A stretch of DNA of 64,000 nt from Alphaproteobacteria bacterium (GCA_963422645.2 CAXXVO010000005.1:160001-224000); one strand, 5' to 3'; positions 11,797 through 22,398 are shown, numbered from the stretch's first letter. Translations and numbers: made by a program. The notes: generated by a model not told the origin, from the sequence alone.

Positions 11797-11916
11797 GCTG
11801 TGCTCTCCCCGCGTTGGGCCGCGTGCGCCACCGCGTGCTTCCAAACCGACATTACGGTCTTGCCGGCCGCTTGAGAAGGCGCGCGTTCGCTGGAAGGCGA
11901 AGGCTATACTCCCGCC

Positions 11917-12714
11917 ATGGCGCGATTCGCCGTGGTCTTTCTCCTCATTCTCACCGTGACGGCGGCAGGCGCCGCGAGCGGGTCCGCGGTCCCGCTGCCG
12001 GCGGGCCTTGCGCTCGACGCGGAAGCACGGGTGGTCGAGGTCATCGACGGCAGCACGGTCCTGCTCGATGACGGTGAGACGGTGCGCCTCGCCGGCATCG
12101 AGCCTCCGAAGCACATCGCCGGCGACGCCGCCTCCGACATGGAGCCGCTCGTGGAGACGTCACGGCAGACGCTCGCCCGTCTGGTTCAAGGCCGCCGGGT
12201 CGGCCTGGCAGTGGGCGGCGTTCCGCGGGACCGCCACGGCCGGCTGCGGGTGCATTTGGTGCGGAGCGACGACGGAACCTGGATTCAAGGTACGCTGCTC
12301 GCGGCCGGACTCGCGCGGGTCCATAGCCTCGTCGACGACCGTGCGGCGGCCGCCGAGATGCTCGTCATCGAAGATCGCGCGCGTGCTGCGCGTCTCGGTA
12401 TCTGGTCGCAGCCTGGCTATCGGGTGCGCGCTGCAGGCGAGGCGGACGGCGGGCTCCACAGCTTCCAACTGGTCGAGGGGCGGGTCAGGGCGGCAGCAGT
12501 GGTTCGGGGGCGCGGCTACCTCAACTTCGGTGACGACTGGCGTGAGGACTTCACCGTCTCCATCGGGCCGCGCGATCGCCGGCGGTTCGAGTCGGAGGGC
12601 GTCGCCATCGAGGACTACGAGGGGCGTCTGGTGCGCGTGCGCGGCTGGGTCGACTCGTTCAACGGCCCCATGATCGAGGCCACTCATCCCGAGCAGATCG
12701 AGGTGCTCGAATGA
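11917..12714 (+). CDS. Thermonuclease (SNase-like) family protein with C-terminal OB-like domain
   Basis: VIDGSTV..VRLAGIE, DRHGRL and ARAARLGIW motifs; signal peptide. Confidence 0.85.
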   Translation: MARFAVVFLLILTVTAAGAASGSAVPLPAGLALDAEARVVEVIDGSTVLLDDGETVRLAGIEPPKHIAGDAASDMEPLVETSRQTLARLVQGRRVGLAVGGVPRDRHGRLRVHLVRSDDGTWIQGTLLAAGLARVHSLVDDRAAAAEMLVIEDRARAARLGIWSQPGYRVRAAGEADGGLHSFQLVEGRVRAAAVVRGRGYLNFGDDWREDFTVSIGPRDRRRFESEGVAIEDYEGRLVRVRGWVDSFNGPMIEATHPEQIEVLE

Positions 12715-14198
12715 TGAGTCTTCGCCGCGCGGCGGCTGCGCCGGCGGCTCTGGCGATGGGCCTCGCGCTGGCCACAGTGGCGCCGCTTCTGCTCGGCGGA
12801 TGCAGCGTCAATCCGGCGACCGGCGACGAGCAGTTCACCGCCTTCCTCTCGCCCGAGGAAGAGCGAAGGGTCGGTGCCCAGGAGCATCCCAAACTGGTGG
12901 AGGCGTTCGGCGGCCTCTACGACGACCCCGCGCTCCAGCACTATGTGTCGAGCCTCGGCAGGCTGCTCCAGCAGACCTCGGAGCAGCCCGAGCCGCCCTT
13001 CACCTTCGTCGTCCTCGACAGCCCCGAGGTCAACGCCTTCGCTCTGCCCGGCGGCTACGTCCATGTCACGCGCGGCCTGATGGCCCTCGCCAACGACGAG
13101 GCGGAGCTCGCAGGCGTGATCGCCCACGAGATCGGCCACGTGACGGCCCGCCACAGCGCCGAGCGATACAGCCACGGCCTCGTCGCCGGCCTCGGCGCGG
13201 CACTCCTCGGCGCGGTCATCGACAACCAGACCGTCTCGGATATCGTGAACCTCGCTGCCGGCGCCTACGTGCAAGGCTATTCGCGCTCCCAGGAGCTCGA
13301 GGCCGACACGCTGGGCGTGCGCTATCTGAGCCGCAGCGGCTTCGACGCGACGGCGATGTCGAGCTTTCTGGAGACCATGGGGGCCGAGGCCGCGCTTGCA
13401 CGCAAGATTGCCGGGGAGCGCGGGGAGGGAGCGCAGGGGGGCCTCTTCGCGAGCCATCCGCGCACCGCCGACCGGGTGCGGGCAGCGGCCGGCACCGCGC
13501 AAGCCGAATTTGGCGGCGAGCGCGAACGCGACCCCTACCTCCGGCGCATCGACGGCATGATCTACGGCGATTCCCCCGAGGAGGGGTTCGTTCGCGGCCG
13601 GGCATTTGCCCATCCGGTGCTGCGGATCGCGTTCACGGCTCCGCCGGGTTTTCACCTGCGCAACGCGCCGGAGGCGGTGGTGGGAACGCACCCGTCAGGG
13701 GCCACGATGCGCTTCGACGAGGCCACGCTGGCGGGCCCGTCGATCAGCACCTGGCGCTATCTTCGAGGCGTCTGGGCAGCAAAGGTGCCGCTGACCAAAA
13801 TCGAGAGAACGCAAGTCGACGGCATGGACGCGGTGGCCGCGAGCACGCGCGTCCGCACCAGGTCGGGCGTGCGCGACGTGCGGCTGGTCGCCATCCGGGC
13901 CGCGCCCCAACGGGTCTATCGCTTCTTCTTCGTGACGCCGCCGCAACGGACGAGAGAATTCTCGACCCCCTTCCGGCAGATGATCGCGAGCTTCCGGCGG
14001 CTCGGCGTGGAGCAGGTCGCGAACCTGCGCCCGCTCAGGCTGCGTGTCGTCGAGGTCGCGCCCGGCGATACCGTGGAATCGCTCGCGGCCCGCATGCCCT
14101 TCAACGAGTTCCGCGCCGAGCGCTTCCAGGTGTTGAACGGCTTTCGCCCCGGCGCGCGCCTTCAGCCGGGCCAGCTTGTGAAGATCGTCACCGAATAG
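12711..14198 (+). CDS. M48 family zinc metalloprotease lipoprotein with C-terminal LysM-like domain
   Basis: Lipobox LGGC, NAFALPGG, HEIGH, YSRSQELEAD, SHP; C-terminal VAPGDTVESLA. Confidence 0.9.
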   Translation: MMSLRRAAAAPAALAMGLALATVAPLLLGGCSVNPATGDEQFTAFLSPEEERRVGAQEHPKLVEAFGGLYDDPALQHYVSSLGRLLQQTSEQPEPPFTFVVLDSPEVNAFALPGGYVHVTRGLMALANDEAELAGVIAHEIGHVTARHSAERYSHGLVAGLGAALLGAVIDNQTVSDIVNLAAGAYVQGYSRSQELEADTLGVRYLSRSGFDATAMSSFLETMGAEAALARKIAGERGEGAQGGLFASHPRTADRVRAAAGTAQAEFGGERERDPYLRRIDGMIYGDSPEEGFVRGRAFAHPVLRIAFTAPPGFHLRNAPEAVVGTHPSGATMRFDEATLAGPSISTWRYLRGVWAAKVPLTKIERTQVDGMDAVAASTRVRTRSGVRDVRLVAIRAAPQRVYRFFFVTPPQRTREFSTPFRQMIASFRRLGVEQVANLRPLRLRVVEVAPGDTVESLAARMPFNEFRAERFQVLNGFRPGARLQPGQLVKIVTE

Positions 14199-14232
14199 CC
14201 TGAGTCCTGTCCGGGCCTCTGCTGCGGCACGC

Positions 14233-15336
14233 CTACTCCGCTGCCGCCTGCCAGCCGATCTCCGCACGGAGCCGCGGCATGAGCTCGGTCGCGGTGAGCT
14301 CCATGTGGCGCCGCCACAGGTCCTTATGGACCCAGTCGTGGTGCGAGACGATCAGGGTCTCGAAGGGGCCGGTCTCGTCGCGGAATTGGGCGATCTTCTT
14401 GGCCACCGTCTTGGGGCTGCCGGCGGTGACGATGGTGTCGATGCAGTACTCGGGCGTCACCTCCTCGTCGGGCATGTCGGGGTCCGACTTAAGCATGTGG
14501 ACGAAGCCGCCGGCGCTGGTGACACCGATGATGTATTTGAAATACCAGTGGAAGGCGTTGTCCTCGCGCCTGAGGTACTGGCGTGCCTCCTCGTCGGTCT
14601 CGGTGATGAGCAGGGTGCGGCCCGCCTTCCACTTGGAAGGATCGGGTGCGCGCCCGAGCTTCTTGCGCTCGTCCAGATAGTCGCGCCAATGGCCCTTGAG
14701 CACGGCGTCGGGGACGAAGTTGGCGGAGATGCACATCCAGTCCCGCCGGGCGGCGAGGCGGATACTGCCGGAGCCCCGGCTCATCGCCGGGATCATCACC
14801 GGCGGATGGGGCTTCTGGTAGGGCTTGCCCATGGCGCCGACGCCGATGTCGGACAGCACGTTGTCCTTGATCTCGAAGTCCCAGTACTTGCCGTGGAATT
14901 CGTAGGGCGGGTCCGAGGCCCAGATGCCGTGGATCATGTCAATGGACTCGACCAGCATCTCCATGCGGTCGAGGTCGGCGATCTTGAACATCTCGAAGTC
15001 GGGCGGCGTGGCGCCGGGCCCGATTCCCATCAGGAAGCGGCCCTCGGAGATGTGGTCGAACTGCGCCGCCTGGCCCGCCACGATCGCCGGGTGCTGATAG
15101 GGCAGGCAGAGGACGCCGGAGCCGAACTTGATCCGCTCGGTCTGGGGCACCAGGGCGGCGAAGAGCATGAGCGGCGACTGGATCGGCTCGGAGGGAAGCG
15201 CGAAATGCTCGCCGAGCCAGACCTCGTCGAAGCCGACCGCATCGGCGCACTTGATGATCTCGAAATCTTCCTTCAGCAGCGTGTGATAGCCCCGCCGAAA
15301 ATCCTGGATCGGGTGCATGAACATGCCGAGCTTCAT
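14233..15336 (-). CDS. LLM class flavin-dependent oxidoreductase
   Basis: MKLGMF, GFDEVWLGEH, QFDHISEGRF (luciferase-like fold). Confidence 0.88.
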   Translation of the reverse strand: MKLGMFMHPIQDFRRGYHTLLKEDFEIIKCADAVGFDEVWLGEHFALPSEPIQSPLMLFAALVPQTERIKFGSGVLCLPYQHPAIVAGQAAQFDHISEGRFLMGIGPGATPPDFEMFKIADLDRMEMLVESIDMIHGIWASDPPYEFHGKYWDFEIKDNVLSDIGVGAMGKPYQKPHPPVMIPAMSRGSGSIRLAARRDWMCISANFVPDAVLKGHWRDYLDERKKLGRAPDPSKWKAGRTLLITETDEEARQYLRREDNAFHWYFKYIIGVTSAGGFVHMLKSDPDMPDEEVTPEYCIDTIVTAGSPKTVAKKIAQFRDETGPFETLIVSHHDWVHKDLWRRHMELTATELMPRLRAEIGWQAAAE

Positions 15337-15426
15337 GGTGCGCCTCCCTGGCGGCGTTCTCCTCGCGTGGCGCTCATTATGGTAAGGCCGCCCGCCTGCG
15401 TGCAATGGGCGGGCGGCGTGTGAGTG

Positions 15427-16161
15427 TCAGCCGTCCTCGTCGACGAGCTTGGGCAGAATCTTGGTCTCGGCGCGCGCGACGTCCTCGGGAAAGTCGATCT
15501 CGATCCAGGGCAGGCCGGTCACGTCTTCCAGGCCGAAAGGCGGGCTGGCGGCACGGAGGACGGCAGCGATGGCGTCCTCCATCGGGCGTTCGCTGCCACC
15601 CTCTTCGATCATCCGCCCGGCGGTCTCGACGAGCGTGTTTGCCGTCCGCTCGCTGAGGCGGAAGAAGCCGACCGATTCGCCGTAGGCGTCGAGCGCCGGA
15701 TCGATGGTCTTGCCGAAGTCGGCGGGCGCACCGTCAACGACGCCGACCTTGACCGGCTCGTCGCCCGGCTCGAAGGCGCGGTCCACCAGCAGGCAATCGG
15801 CGTGGTGCGTCTCGGCCAGGGGTTCGAGCACGCGGCGGTCGTAGAGCACGTCGCCATCCATCAGGAGGACCGGGCCGCCTGCCGTGAGCGCGGCCCGCAC
15901 GCGCCAGAGCGTGACGATGCTGCCCTGCTCGTAATCCGGGTTGTAGATGGTCGAGACATCGGTCTGGCCCAGCGCCCCCAGCGCGCGCTCGATCGCGAGC
16001 GCCTCGTGGCCGATGCCGATGACCGCGTCGTTCACGCCGAGCGCGGAGAGGATGGCGAGGTGGCGCTCCAGCAGAGTGCGGCCGCCGAAACGCAGCAGCA
16101 CCTTGGGCTCCTCGATTGCCAAACGCCGGCCGACACCGGCGGCGAGCATGACGGCACGCAT
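15427..16161 (-). CDS. Phosphocholine/sugar cytidylyltransferase (NTP transferase) family protein
   Basis: MRAVMLAAGVGRRL..PKVLL, MDGDVLYD, WIEIDFPED. Confidence 0.85.
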   Translation of the reverse strand: MRAVMLAAGVGRRLAIEEPKVLLRFGGRTLLERHLAILSALGVNDAVIGIGHEALAIERALGALGQTDVSTIYNPDYEQGSIVTLWRVRAALTAGGPVLLMDGDVLYDRRVLEPLAETHHADCLLVDRAFEPGDEPVKVGVVDGAPADFGKTIDPALDAYGESVGFFRLSERTANTLVETAGRMIEEGGSERPMEDAIAAVLRAASPPFGLEDVTGLPWIEIDFPEDVARAETKILPKLVDEDG

Positions 16162-16212
16162 GGTTGAATGTCCGGCGTTGTCACGACCCCGTTTCGGGCT
16201 ATATGACGCCCC

Positions 16213-16896
16213 ATGGTCGAACGCAAGATCGGCGCAAGTGACGGGGGCAGCGGCGAGGATGCCGAGCCTGCCAAGGCGAAGCCACGCGTGGCCTGGGATC
16301 AGCGGCTCGCCCGCTGGATGGTGCGGCCGCTGGTGCACACGCCGGTCACGCCGAACCACATCACCACGGTCAGGCTGCTCCTCGGGCTCGCGGCCTGCGG
16401 CCTCTTCGCGGTGGGCACGCGGCCGGAAATTCTCTACGCCGCCGGGCTCTTCATGCTCTCGAACTTCGTCGATCACATGGACGGCGAGCTGGCGCGGCTT
16501 TCCGGCAAGTCCAGCCGCTTCGGCTATCACTACGACAACTACTCCGACGCCTTCATTCATGTGGCGCTCTTCTTCTGCATCGGCTTCGGCCTGCAGGACA
16601 GCTGGATCGGCAGCTGGGCGCCCTATCTGGGCCTCATCTCCGGAGTCTCGGTCTCGGCGCTCTTCCTCATGTTCTGGCGGATCGAGCAGCGCGCCGGCAC
16701 GCGCCAGGCGCGGCAGCCGATGTTCAAGGGAATCCACCTGGAGGACGCGATGTATTTCATCGGTCCGATCACCTGGGGCGGCGGCCTGATCGTGCTGCTG
16801 CTCGCCGGCGTTGCTCTGCCGCCGATCTACGTGGTCTGGCTTGCCTGGAAGGAGCGCAGGCTGCTGTTCGGCAAGCCGCCGGAGGTGCCGTCATGA
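16213..16896 (+). CDS. CDP-alcohol phosphatidyltransferase family protein
   Basis: TPNHIT and the signature DHMDGELAR..GKSSRFG..YDNYSD. Confidence 0.9.
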   Translation: MVERKIGASDGGSGEDAEPAKAKPRVAWDQRLARWMVRPLVHTPVTPNHITTVRLLLGLAACGLFAVGTRPEILYAAGLFMLSNFVDHMDGELARLSGKSSRFGYHYDNYSDAFIHVALFFCIGFGLQDSWIGSWAPYLGLISGVSVSALFLMFWRIEQRAGTRQARQPMFKGIHLEDAMYFIGPITWGGGLIVLLLAGVALPPIYVVWLAWKERRLLFGKPPEVPS

Positions 16897-17879
16897 CCAC
16901 GCTGGTGACCGGCGCGACCGGCTTTCTCGGCTCCGCCGTCGCCCGCGCGCTGCTCGATGCCGGCCACGCGGTGCGCGTGCTGACGCGGCAGGGCGCCGAT
17001 ACGCGCAACATCGATGGCCTCGACGTGGAGCGGGCGATCGGTGATCTGAATGAGCGCGCTTCGCTGGAGCAGGCCGCGCAGGGCTGCGACACGCTCTTCC
17101 ACGTGGCAGCCGACTACCGGCTCTGGATTCCCGACCCGCCGGCGATCTATCGAACCAACGTGGAGGGCAGCCGCGACCTGCTGCGCGCCGCCGCCGCCGC
17201 AGGCGCCTCGCGCATTGTCTATACCTCGAGCGTCGCCACCCTCGGCCTCAACGCGGACCATTCGCCGGCCGACGAGGCGACGCCCGTGACCGAGGCCGCG
17301 ATGATCGGCCACTACAAGCGTTCCAAGTACCTGGCGGAGGAGGCGGTGCGCGCGCTGGTCCGCGACGAGGGGGTGCCGGCGGTGATCGTCAACCCCTCAG
17401 CCCCCATCGGCCCGCGCGACATCAAGCCGACGCCCACCGGGCGAATCATCGTGGATTTCGCCACCGGCCGGATGCCGGCCTATGTCGATACCGGCCTCAA
17501 CGTGGTCCACGTCGACGATTGCGCCGCCGGCCACCTGCAGGCGCTCGCGCATGGCGCCGTGGGGGAGCGCTACATCCTGGGCGGCGAGGACATGACGCTG
17601 CGGGAAATTCTCGAGTGCCTGGCGAAGCTCACGGGTCGCCCGGCGCCGCGCATCCGGCTCTCCCACCGGCTGCTCGCGCCGGTGGCCGCCGCCGGTGAAG
17701 CCTGGGCGCGTGTCGCGGGCGGGGAGCCGCGGCTCACCCGCGACAGCCTGCGCATGGCGCGCAAGATGATGTTCTTCTCGTCCGCCAAGGCCGAGCGCGA
17801 GCTCGGCTACAGGGCGCGCCCCGCGCAAGAGGCATTGGCCGATGCGCTCCGCTGGTTTCAGGCCAACGGCTACGTCTGA
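16893..17879 (+). CDS. hpnA: HpnA-like NAD-dependent epimerase/dehydratase (hopanoid-associated sugar epimerase family)
   Basis: TGATGFLG, FHVAADYRLW, YKRSK, PIGPRDIKPTPTG. Confidence 0.8.
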   Translation: MTTLVTGATGFLGSAVARALLDAGHAVRVLTRQGADTRNIDGLDVERAIGDLNERASLEQAAQGCDTLFHVAADYRLWIPDPPAIYRTNVEGSRDLLRAAAAAGASRIVYTSSVATLGLNADHSPADEATPVTEAAMIGHYKRSKYLAEEAVRALVRDEGVPAVIVNPSAPIGPRDIKPTPTGRIIVDFATGRMPAYVDTGLNVVHVDDCAAGHLQALAHGAVGERYILGGEDMTLREILECLAKLTGRPAPRIRLSHRLLAPVAAAGEAWARVAGGEPRLTRDSLRMARKMMFFSSAKAERELGYRARPAQEALADALRWFQANGYV

Positions 17880-18004
17880 GCGTGCCTGCCCCCTCCCGCC
17901 GGGATCGATCCTTGCCGCACCCCTCGGGATGACGCTAGAACCGCTGGCACTGCCCTCCGGGCCGCCATGCCGCGGCACTCATCAAACCTGACGGGATCAC
18001 GGGA

Positions 18005-18973
18005 ATGGAATACGGCTTCAACGTACCCAACGGCGGGCCGCTGGCCGTGCCGGAGCACATCGGAACCATCGCCCGGCACGGCGAGAAGCAGGGCTACCGG
18101 ATCCTCGCGATTCCGGACCACATCGTGGTGCCCAAGGGCATCGACTCGCCCTACCCCTATTCGCCCGACGGCACGCTCAACTTCCCCACGCTGCTTGCCG
18201 GCGAATGCCTGGAGCCAATTGCGCTCATGGCCTACCTCGCCGGCATCACGACCGAGATGCGGCTGCTCACCTCGGTGATGGTGGTGCCTTATCGCCAGCC
18301 GGTGCTGACGGCGAAGCTGCTCTCCACCATCGACTTGCTCTCGGGCGGGCGTGCGGTCGTGGGTGTCGGCGCCGGCTGGATGGCCGAGGAATTCCCGCCC
18401 GTGGGTGCACCGCCCTTCGAGGCCCGCGGCCGGGCGACTGACGAGTACCTGCGCATCTACAAGGAGCTCTGGACCGCCGATGCGCCCAGGTACGAGGGCG
18501 AGTTCACCTCCTTCGACGACATCCTCTTCCACCCGAAGCCGGTGCAGAAGCCGCATCCGCCCATCTGGGTCGGCGGCGAGAGCAAGCCCGCCAAGCGCCG
18601 CACCGTGCGCTACGGCGACGCCTGGTACCCGATCGGCTGCAACCCGCGCTTCCCGATGGACACCCTGGGCCGCTTCGCCGCCGGCCTCGACGATCTGCGA
18701 GCGATGGCGGAGGCGGAAGGCCGCGACCCGGCCAGCATCGACGTCGCCTTCTGGGCGGTCTGGTACGGCGCCAGTGAGGAGCCGATCATGACCGATACGG
18801 GCGAGCGCATGCTGCTCTCGGGCTCGGCCGACGACATGGCCGGCGACATTCAGGCGATGCGCGACCTCGGTGTCCGCCATCTGCTGCTGCAGATGCTGCG
18901 CCCGACCATCGAGGAGACCCTCGACGCCATCACCCAGTTCGCCGAAGAGGTGCGCCCCAGGGCCGATGGCTGA
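18005..18973 (+). CDS. LLM class (F420-dependent-type, TIGR03619-like) oxidoreductase
   Basis: PDHIVVP...YPY, TIDLLSGGR.VVGVGAGW, PKPVQKPHPPIWVGG. Confidence 0.85.
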   Translation: MEYGFNVPNGGPLAVPEHIGTIARHGEKQGYRILAIPDHIVVPKGIDSPYPYSPDGTLNFPTLLAGECLEPIALMAYLAGITTEMRLLTSVMVVPYRQPVLTAKLLSTIDLLSGGRAVVGVGAGWMAEEFPPVGAPPFEARGRATDEYLRIYKELWTADAPRYEGEFTSFDDILFHPKPVQKPHPPIWVGGESKPAKRRTVRYGDAWYPIGCNPRFPMDTLGRFAAGLDDLRAMAEAEGRDPASIDVAFWAVWYGASEEPIMTDTGERMLLSGSADDMAGDIQAMRDLGVRHLLLQMLRPTIEETLDAITQFAEEVRPRADG

Positions 18974-19040
18974 AGGCGCACGCTTGACCTCGGCCATGGG
19001 CGCCCTTAGCTAAGCAGCGGCACTGCATCGGTCGATTGCG

Positions 19041-19553
19041 ATGGCCATACGCCCGATCATCACTGCGCCCGACAAGCGGCTGAAGGAGCGCTCGGCGCCG
19101 GTCGAGGTCGTCGACGACGAGGTGCGCGCGCTGCTCGACGACATGATGGAATCGATGCACGCCGCAGACGGCATCGGCCTCGCCGCGATCCAGATCGGCG
19201 TGCCCAAGCGCTGCATCGTGACCGACGTGCATCTGGCGGACGAGCCGCCCGCGCCGCTCAAGCTGGTCAATCCCAAGGTCGTGTGGCGCTCGGACGAACG
19301 CGTGAACCGCGAGGAGGGCTGCCTCTCCTTCCCCGACCACTATGCCGAGGTGGAGCGGCCTGCGTCGGTGACGGTGGTCTATCAGGACGAGACCGGCGCG
19401 GCGCAGGAGATCACGGCGGTCGGCACGCTGGCCGTTTGCCTCCAGCACGAGATCGACCACCTGGAGGGGGTGCTTTTCGTGGACTACCTGTCGCTGGTCA
19501 AGCGCAGCATCATCCTGCGCAAGCTGACCAAGGCGCGCCGCGCTGCCGGTTGA
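19041..19553 (+). CDS. def: Peptide deformylase
   Basis: [13 protein letters not shown] and QHEIDHL motifs. Confidence 0.97.
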   Translation: MAIRPIITAPDKRLKERSAPVEVVDDEVRALLDDMMESMHAADGIGLAAIQIGVPKRCIVTDVHLADEPPAPLKLVNPKVVWRSDERVNREEGCLSFPDHYAEVERPASVTVVYQDETGAAQEITAVGTLAVCLQHEIDHLEGVLFVDYLSLVKRSIILRKLTKARRAAG

Positions 19554-19605
19554 GGCGACGCCTGAGGCTGCCGCAGCGAGTCGGGCCTTCCCCGCGCCGG
19601 AACGC

Positions 19606-20553
19606 ATGCAGCCATTGAGGCTGGTGTTCATGGGAACGCCGGCCTTCGCCGTGCCCACCCTCGACGCCCTCTGCGCGAGCGGCCACTCCATCGCTGCCGT
19701 CTACACCCAGCCGCCGCGTGCCGCCGAGCGCGGCCGCAAGGTGCGGCCAACGCCGGTGGCAGTGCGCGCCGAGGCCGCCGGGGTTCAGGTGATAACTCCG
19801 GCAAGCCTGAAACCCGCAGACGCGCAGACGGTGTTCGCGGCGCTGGATGCGGACCTCGCGGTCACGGTCGCCTATGGTTTGATCCTGCCGTCTGCCGTGC
19901 TGGCCTCGCCCCGGATGGGCTGCATCAACGCCCACGCCTCGCTGCTGCCGCGCTGGCGGGGTGCTGCGCCGATTCAGCGGGCGATCATGGCGGGCGACGG
20001 GGAGACCGGCGTCACCATCATGCGCATGGACGAGGGCCTCGATACAGGCCCCATCCTGATGGCCGAGCGGGTGCCGATCGGGCCCGAGACCGCGGGCGGT
20101 ACGCTGCACGACAGGTTGGCCGCCCTTTCCGCCCGGCTCGTGGTGGAGGCGATCGAAGCGCTCGCTGCAGGCACGCTGGCCGAGACGCCGCAGCCGAGCG
20201 AAGGCGCCACCTACGCGGCGAAGCTCGAAAAGCACGAGGCCGCCATCGACTGGCGCGCACCGGCGGCGCATTTGGAGCGCACGGTGCGCGCACTCGCGCC
20301 GAGACCCGGCGCCTGGTTCTCCCACGATGGTGAACGCATCAAGGTGTTGGCGGCCGAGAGGGTTGCCGGTGCGACGGATGCACCGCCGGGGACGATCATC
20401 GACGATGGGCTGACCGTCGCCTGCGGCGACGGCGCCGCGCTGCGCCTGACCCGCCTTCAACGCGCCGGCAAAGCGGCGATGGATAGAGACGCCTTCTTGC
20501 GCGGGCGGCCGATCACGGCCGGAACACGCTTGCCATGCCCCGCTACAAGCTGA
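19606..20553 (+). CDS. fmt: Methionyl-tRNA formyltransferase
   Basis: [26 protein letters not shown]; follows def. Confidence 0.96.
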   Translation: MQPLRLVFMGTPAFAVPTLDALCASGHSIAAVYTQPPRAAERGRKVRPTPVAVRAEAAGVQVITPASLKPADAQTVFAALDADLAVTVAYGLILPSAVLASPRMGCINAHASLLPRWRGAAPIQRAIMAGDGETGVTIMRMDEGLDTGPILMAERVPIGPETAGGTLHDRLAALSARLVVEAIEALAAGTLAETPQPSEGATYAAKLEKHEAAIDWRAPAAHLERTVRALAPRPGAWFSHDGERIKVLAAERVAGATDAPPGTIIDDGLTVACGDGAALRLTRLQRAGKAAMDRDAFLRGRPITAGTRLPCPATS

Positions 20554-21284
20554 CCCTCGAGTACGACGGCACCGGCTTCGTCGGCTGGCAATACCAGGGC
20601 GACGGGCGCTCGGTGCAGGAGGCGCTGGAGCGCGCGGTCGAGCGCTTCTGCGGAGAGCAGGTACGCGTGCACGGCGCGGGCCGCACCGATTCCGGCGTTC
20701 ACGCCCTGGGCCAGTGCTGCCACCTCGATCTCGCCCGGCAGGCAGAGCCCGACGAGCTGCGGGATGCGCTCAACGCACATCTGCGGCCCGCGCCGGTCGT
20801 CGTCCTCGACGCGGCCGACGTGCCGTCTGACTTTGATGCGCGGCGCGATGCCACGATGCGCGTCTATCTCTACCGGATCGTCAATCGCAAGACGCCGCTC
20901 GCGCTGGCGAAGGACCGCGCCTGGCATGTCGCGCGCCCGCTCGATGCCGACGCCATGGCCGAGGCCGCGCGCCTGCTGCAAGGCACTCACGACTTCACGA
21001 CCTTTCGAGCGGCCAAGTGCCAGGCGACCTCTCCGGTCCGCACCCTGAAAAGCCTCGCCGTCTCACGAAGCGGAGACGAGATCGCGATCCGGGCCTGGGC
21101 GCGCTCCTTCCTCCACCACCAGGTCCGCGCCATGGTGGGGACGCTGGTCGAGGCAGGCGAAGGCCGGCGGACTCCGGCCGACGTGGGCGCGGCGCTCGCG
21201 GCCTGCGACCGGCGCATGAGCGGCCCGACGGCGCCGGCCTACGGCCTCTATCTCGAAGCGGTGATCTATCCGCCGGCGTCCTAG
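20535..21284 (+). CDS. truA: tRNA pseudouridine(38-40) synthase
   Basis: [29 protein letters not shown]. Confidence 0.96.
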   Translation: MPRYKLTLEYDGTGFVGWQYQGDGRSVQEALERAVERFCGEQVRVHGAGRTDSGVHALGQCCHLDLARQAEPDELRDALNAHLRPAPVVVLDAADVPSDFDARRDATMRVYLYRIVNRKTPLALAKDRAWHVARPLDADAMAEAARLLQGTHDFTTFRAAKCQATSPVRTLKSLAVSRSGDEIAIRAWARSFLHHQVRAMVGTLVEAGEGRRTPADVGAALAACDRRMSGPTAPAYGLYLEAVIYPPAS

Positions 21285-21420
21285 ATCGTTTCCGTTTCGC
21301 ACGGAAACGATCTTGCAGTATTTTCGCTCACGGCAGCCGGCCTACGGCCGGCGCCTCCGCGTCGCGCGGCCACGCGCGCGGGAGCGCACGATGTGCGCCG
21401 CAGGAGCGGGGGGCCGCGGT

Positions 21421-21467
21421 CGCGGCCTGTCGCGCGTCCATTAAAGACGGACGCGCTCCAGCCGGCG
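21421..21467. repeat. 47-bp palindromic direct repeat, copy 1
   Basis: 42/47 identical to 22021-22067; contains the hairpin GCGCGTCC..GGACGCGC. Confidence 0.85.
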
Positions 21468-21477
21468 GTACCGCGCG

Positions 21478-21921
21478 CTACTTCTTGACCCCGAGCACGT
21501 CCCGGGTGCCGGCAATGCCGGTGCGGTAGATGCCTTCGACGAATTCGAGGCATTCCGCCTTGGTCTTGCCCTTCTTCGGCACAAAGCGGCTGGTCCATTC
21601 CACCTGGCTGCGCCGCGACGTGATGGGCTTCACCTTGATGGTGGCGGTGTAGTCGGAGAACGGCACCATATCGTCGGGATCGGCGGTGATCCTGTAGATC
21701 TGCGTGCGCGTCGCCGTATCGTATTTCAGCAGCGTTTCGTCGAGATTGCCTTTCACGCCCTTGACCTTGAGCGTGCGCACCGTGCCCTTCTTGTTGAGCG
21801 TGCTCCGCGTGATGGTGCCCGCCATGATCACGGTCAGATTGTTGAAGGCCCCGATCTCGCCAAAGACACGGTCGGCCGGTGCGCTGATCTCCTCGACGAC
21901 CTTCGCTCGCGTGTAAGCCAT
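21478..21921 (-). CDS. SRPBCC (polyketide cyclase/START-like) family protein
   Basis: ISAPADRVF...GTVRTL...ETLLKYD...Y...YTATIKV...VEWTSRF pattern; GGGAG RBS. Confidence 0.8.
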   Translation of the reverse strand: MAYTRAKVVEEISAPADRVFGEIGAFNNLTVIMAGTITRSTLNKKGTVRTLKVKGVKGNLDETLLKYDTATRTQIYRITADPDDMVPFSDYTATIKVKPITSRRSQVEWTSRFVPKKGKTKAECLEFVEGIYRTGIAGTRDVLGVKK

Positions 21922-22020
21922 GCCCGCTCACTCCCATTCTCATTTGAGACGGCCCGCGATGGTGGACGTAAAGCGCGGCTAGCGCAACGCGCGATGGAAG
22001 CGATGATCGATTTCGCCTGG

Positions 22021-22067
22021 CGCGGCCTGTCGCGCGACCGTCAAAGACGGACGCGCTCTAGCCGCCG
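22021..22067. repeat. 47-bp palindromic direct repeat, copy 2 (overlaps the stop of the upstream small ORF)
   Basis: CGCGGCCTGTCGCGCGACCGTCAAAGACGGACGCGCTCTAGCCGCCG, exactly 600 bp from copy 1. Confidence 0.85.
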
Positions 22068-22345
22068 CCGCGCTGGAAGGAGATGTCGAGCCGGGCGAGG
22101 TGAGCGGCGGGATCGTCGTAGCCGCTGTAGCGGAAGCGCGCGGCGAGGACCGGCAGCGCCAGCAGGCCGATGCGGCGTTCGGGCCTGGACGAAAGCGTGA
22201 TCTCCAACGTGCCGGTCCCTTCGCGGACCGTGATCGTGTCGCCGTCATCTGCGATCCGGGCGCCCGCGAGCGCGCGGCGCAGCGTGCGCCGGAACTCGTG
22301 GCGCTCGATCGCCATTTCCTTCTCGACGGTCAGGGTCTTGGGCAC
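22058..22345 (-). CDS. Small hypothetical protein at the end of the aor operon (AorE-like by position)
   Basis: 95-aa ORF co-oriented after the moaD-like gene; ends FQRGGG. Confidence 0.65.
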   Translation of the reverse strand: MPKTLTVEKEMAIERHEFRRTLRRALAGARIADDGDTITVREGTGTLEITLSSRPERRIGLLALPVLAARFRYSGYDDPAAHLARLDISFQRGGG

Positions 22346-22398
22346 GAGCGCGGCCAGAACTCGGAGTTGCGACGGGGATTGGTGCCGGCTTCGCCGGC

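Noticed and set aside
11917-14198. Nuclease plus protease pair as a defence or toxin system
   Set aside because: Both are exported proteins in a gene pair common in alphaproteobacterial core regions.
21421-22067. Possible CRISPR or integron attC array
   Set aside because: Only two copies, 600 bp apart; no cas or integron integrase gene and no clear attC RYYYAAC/GTTRRRY ends.
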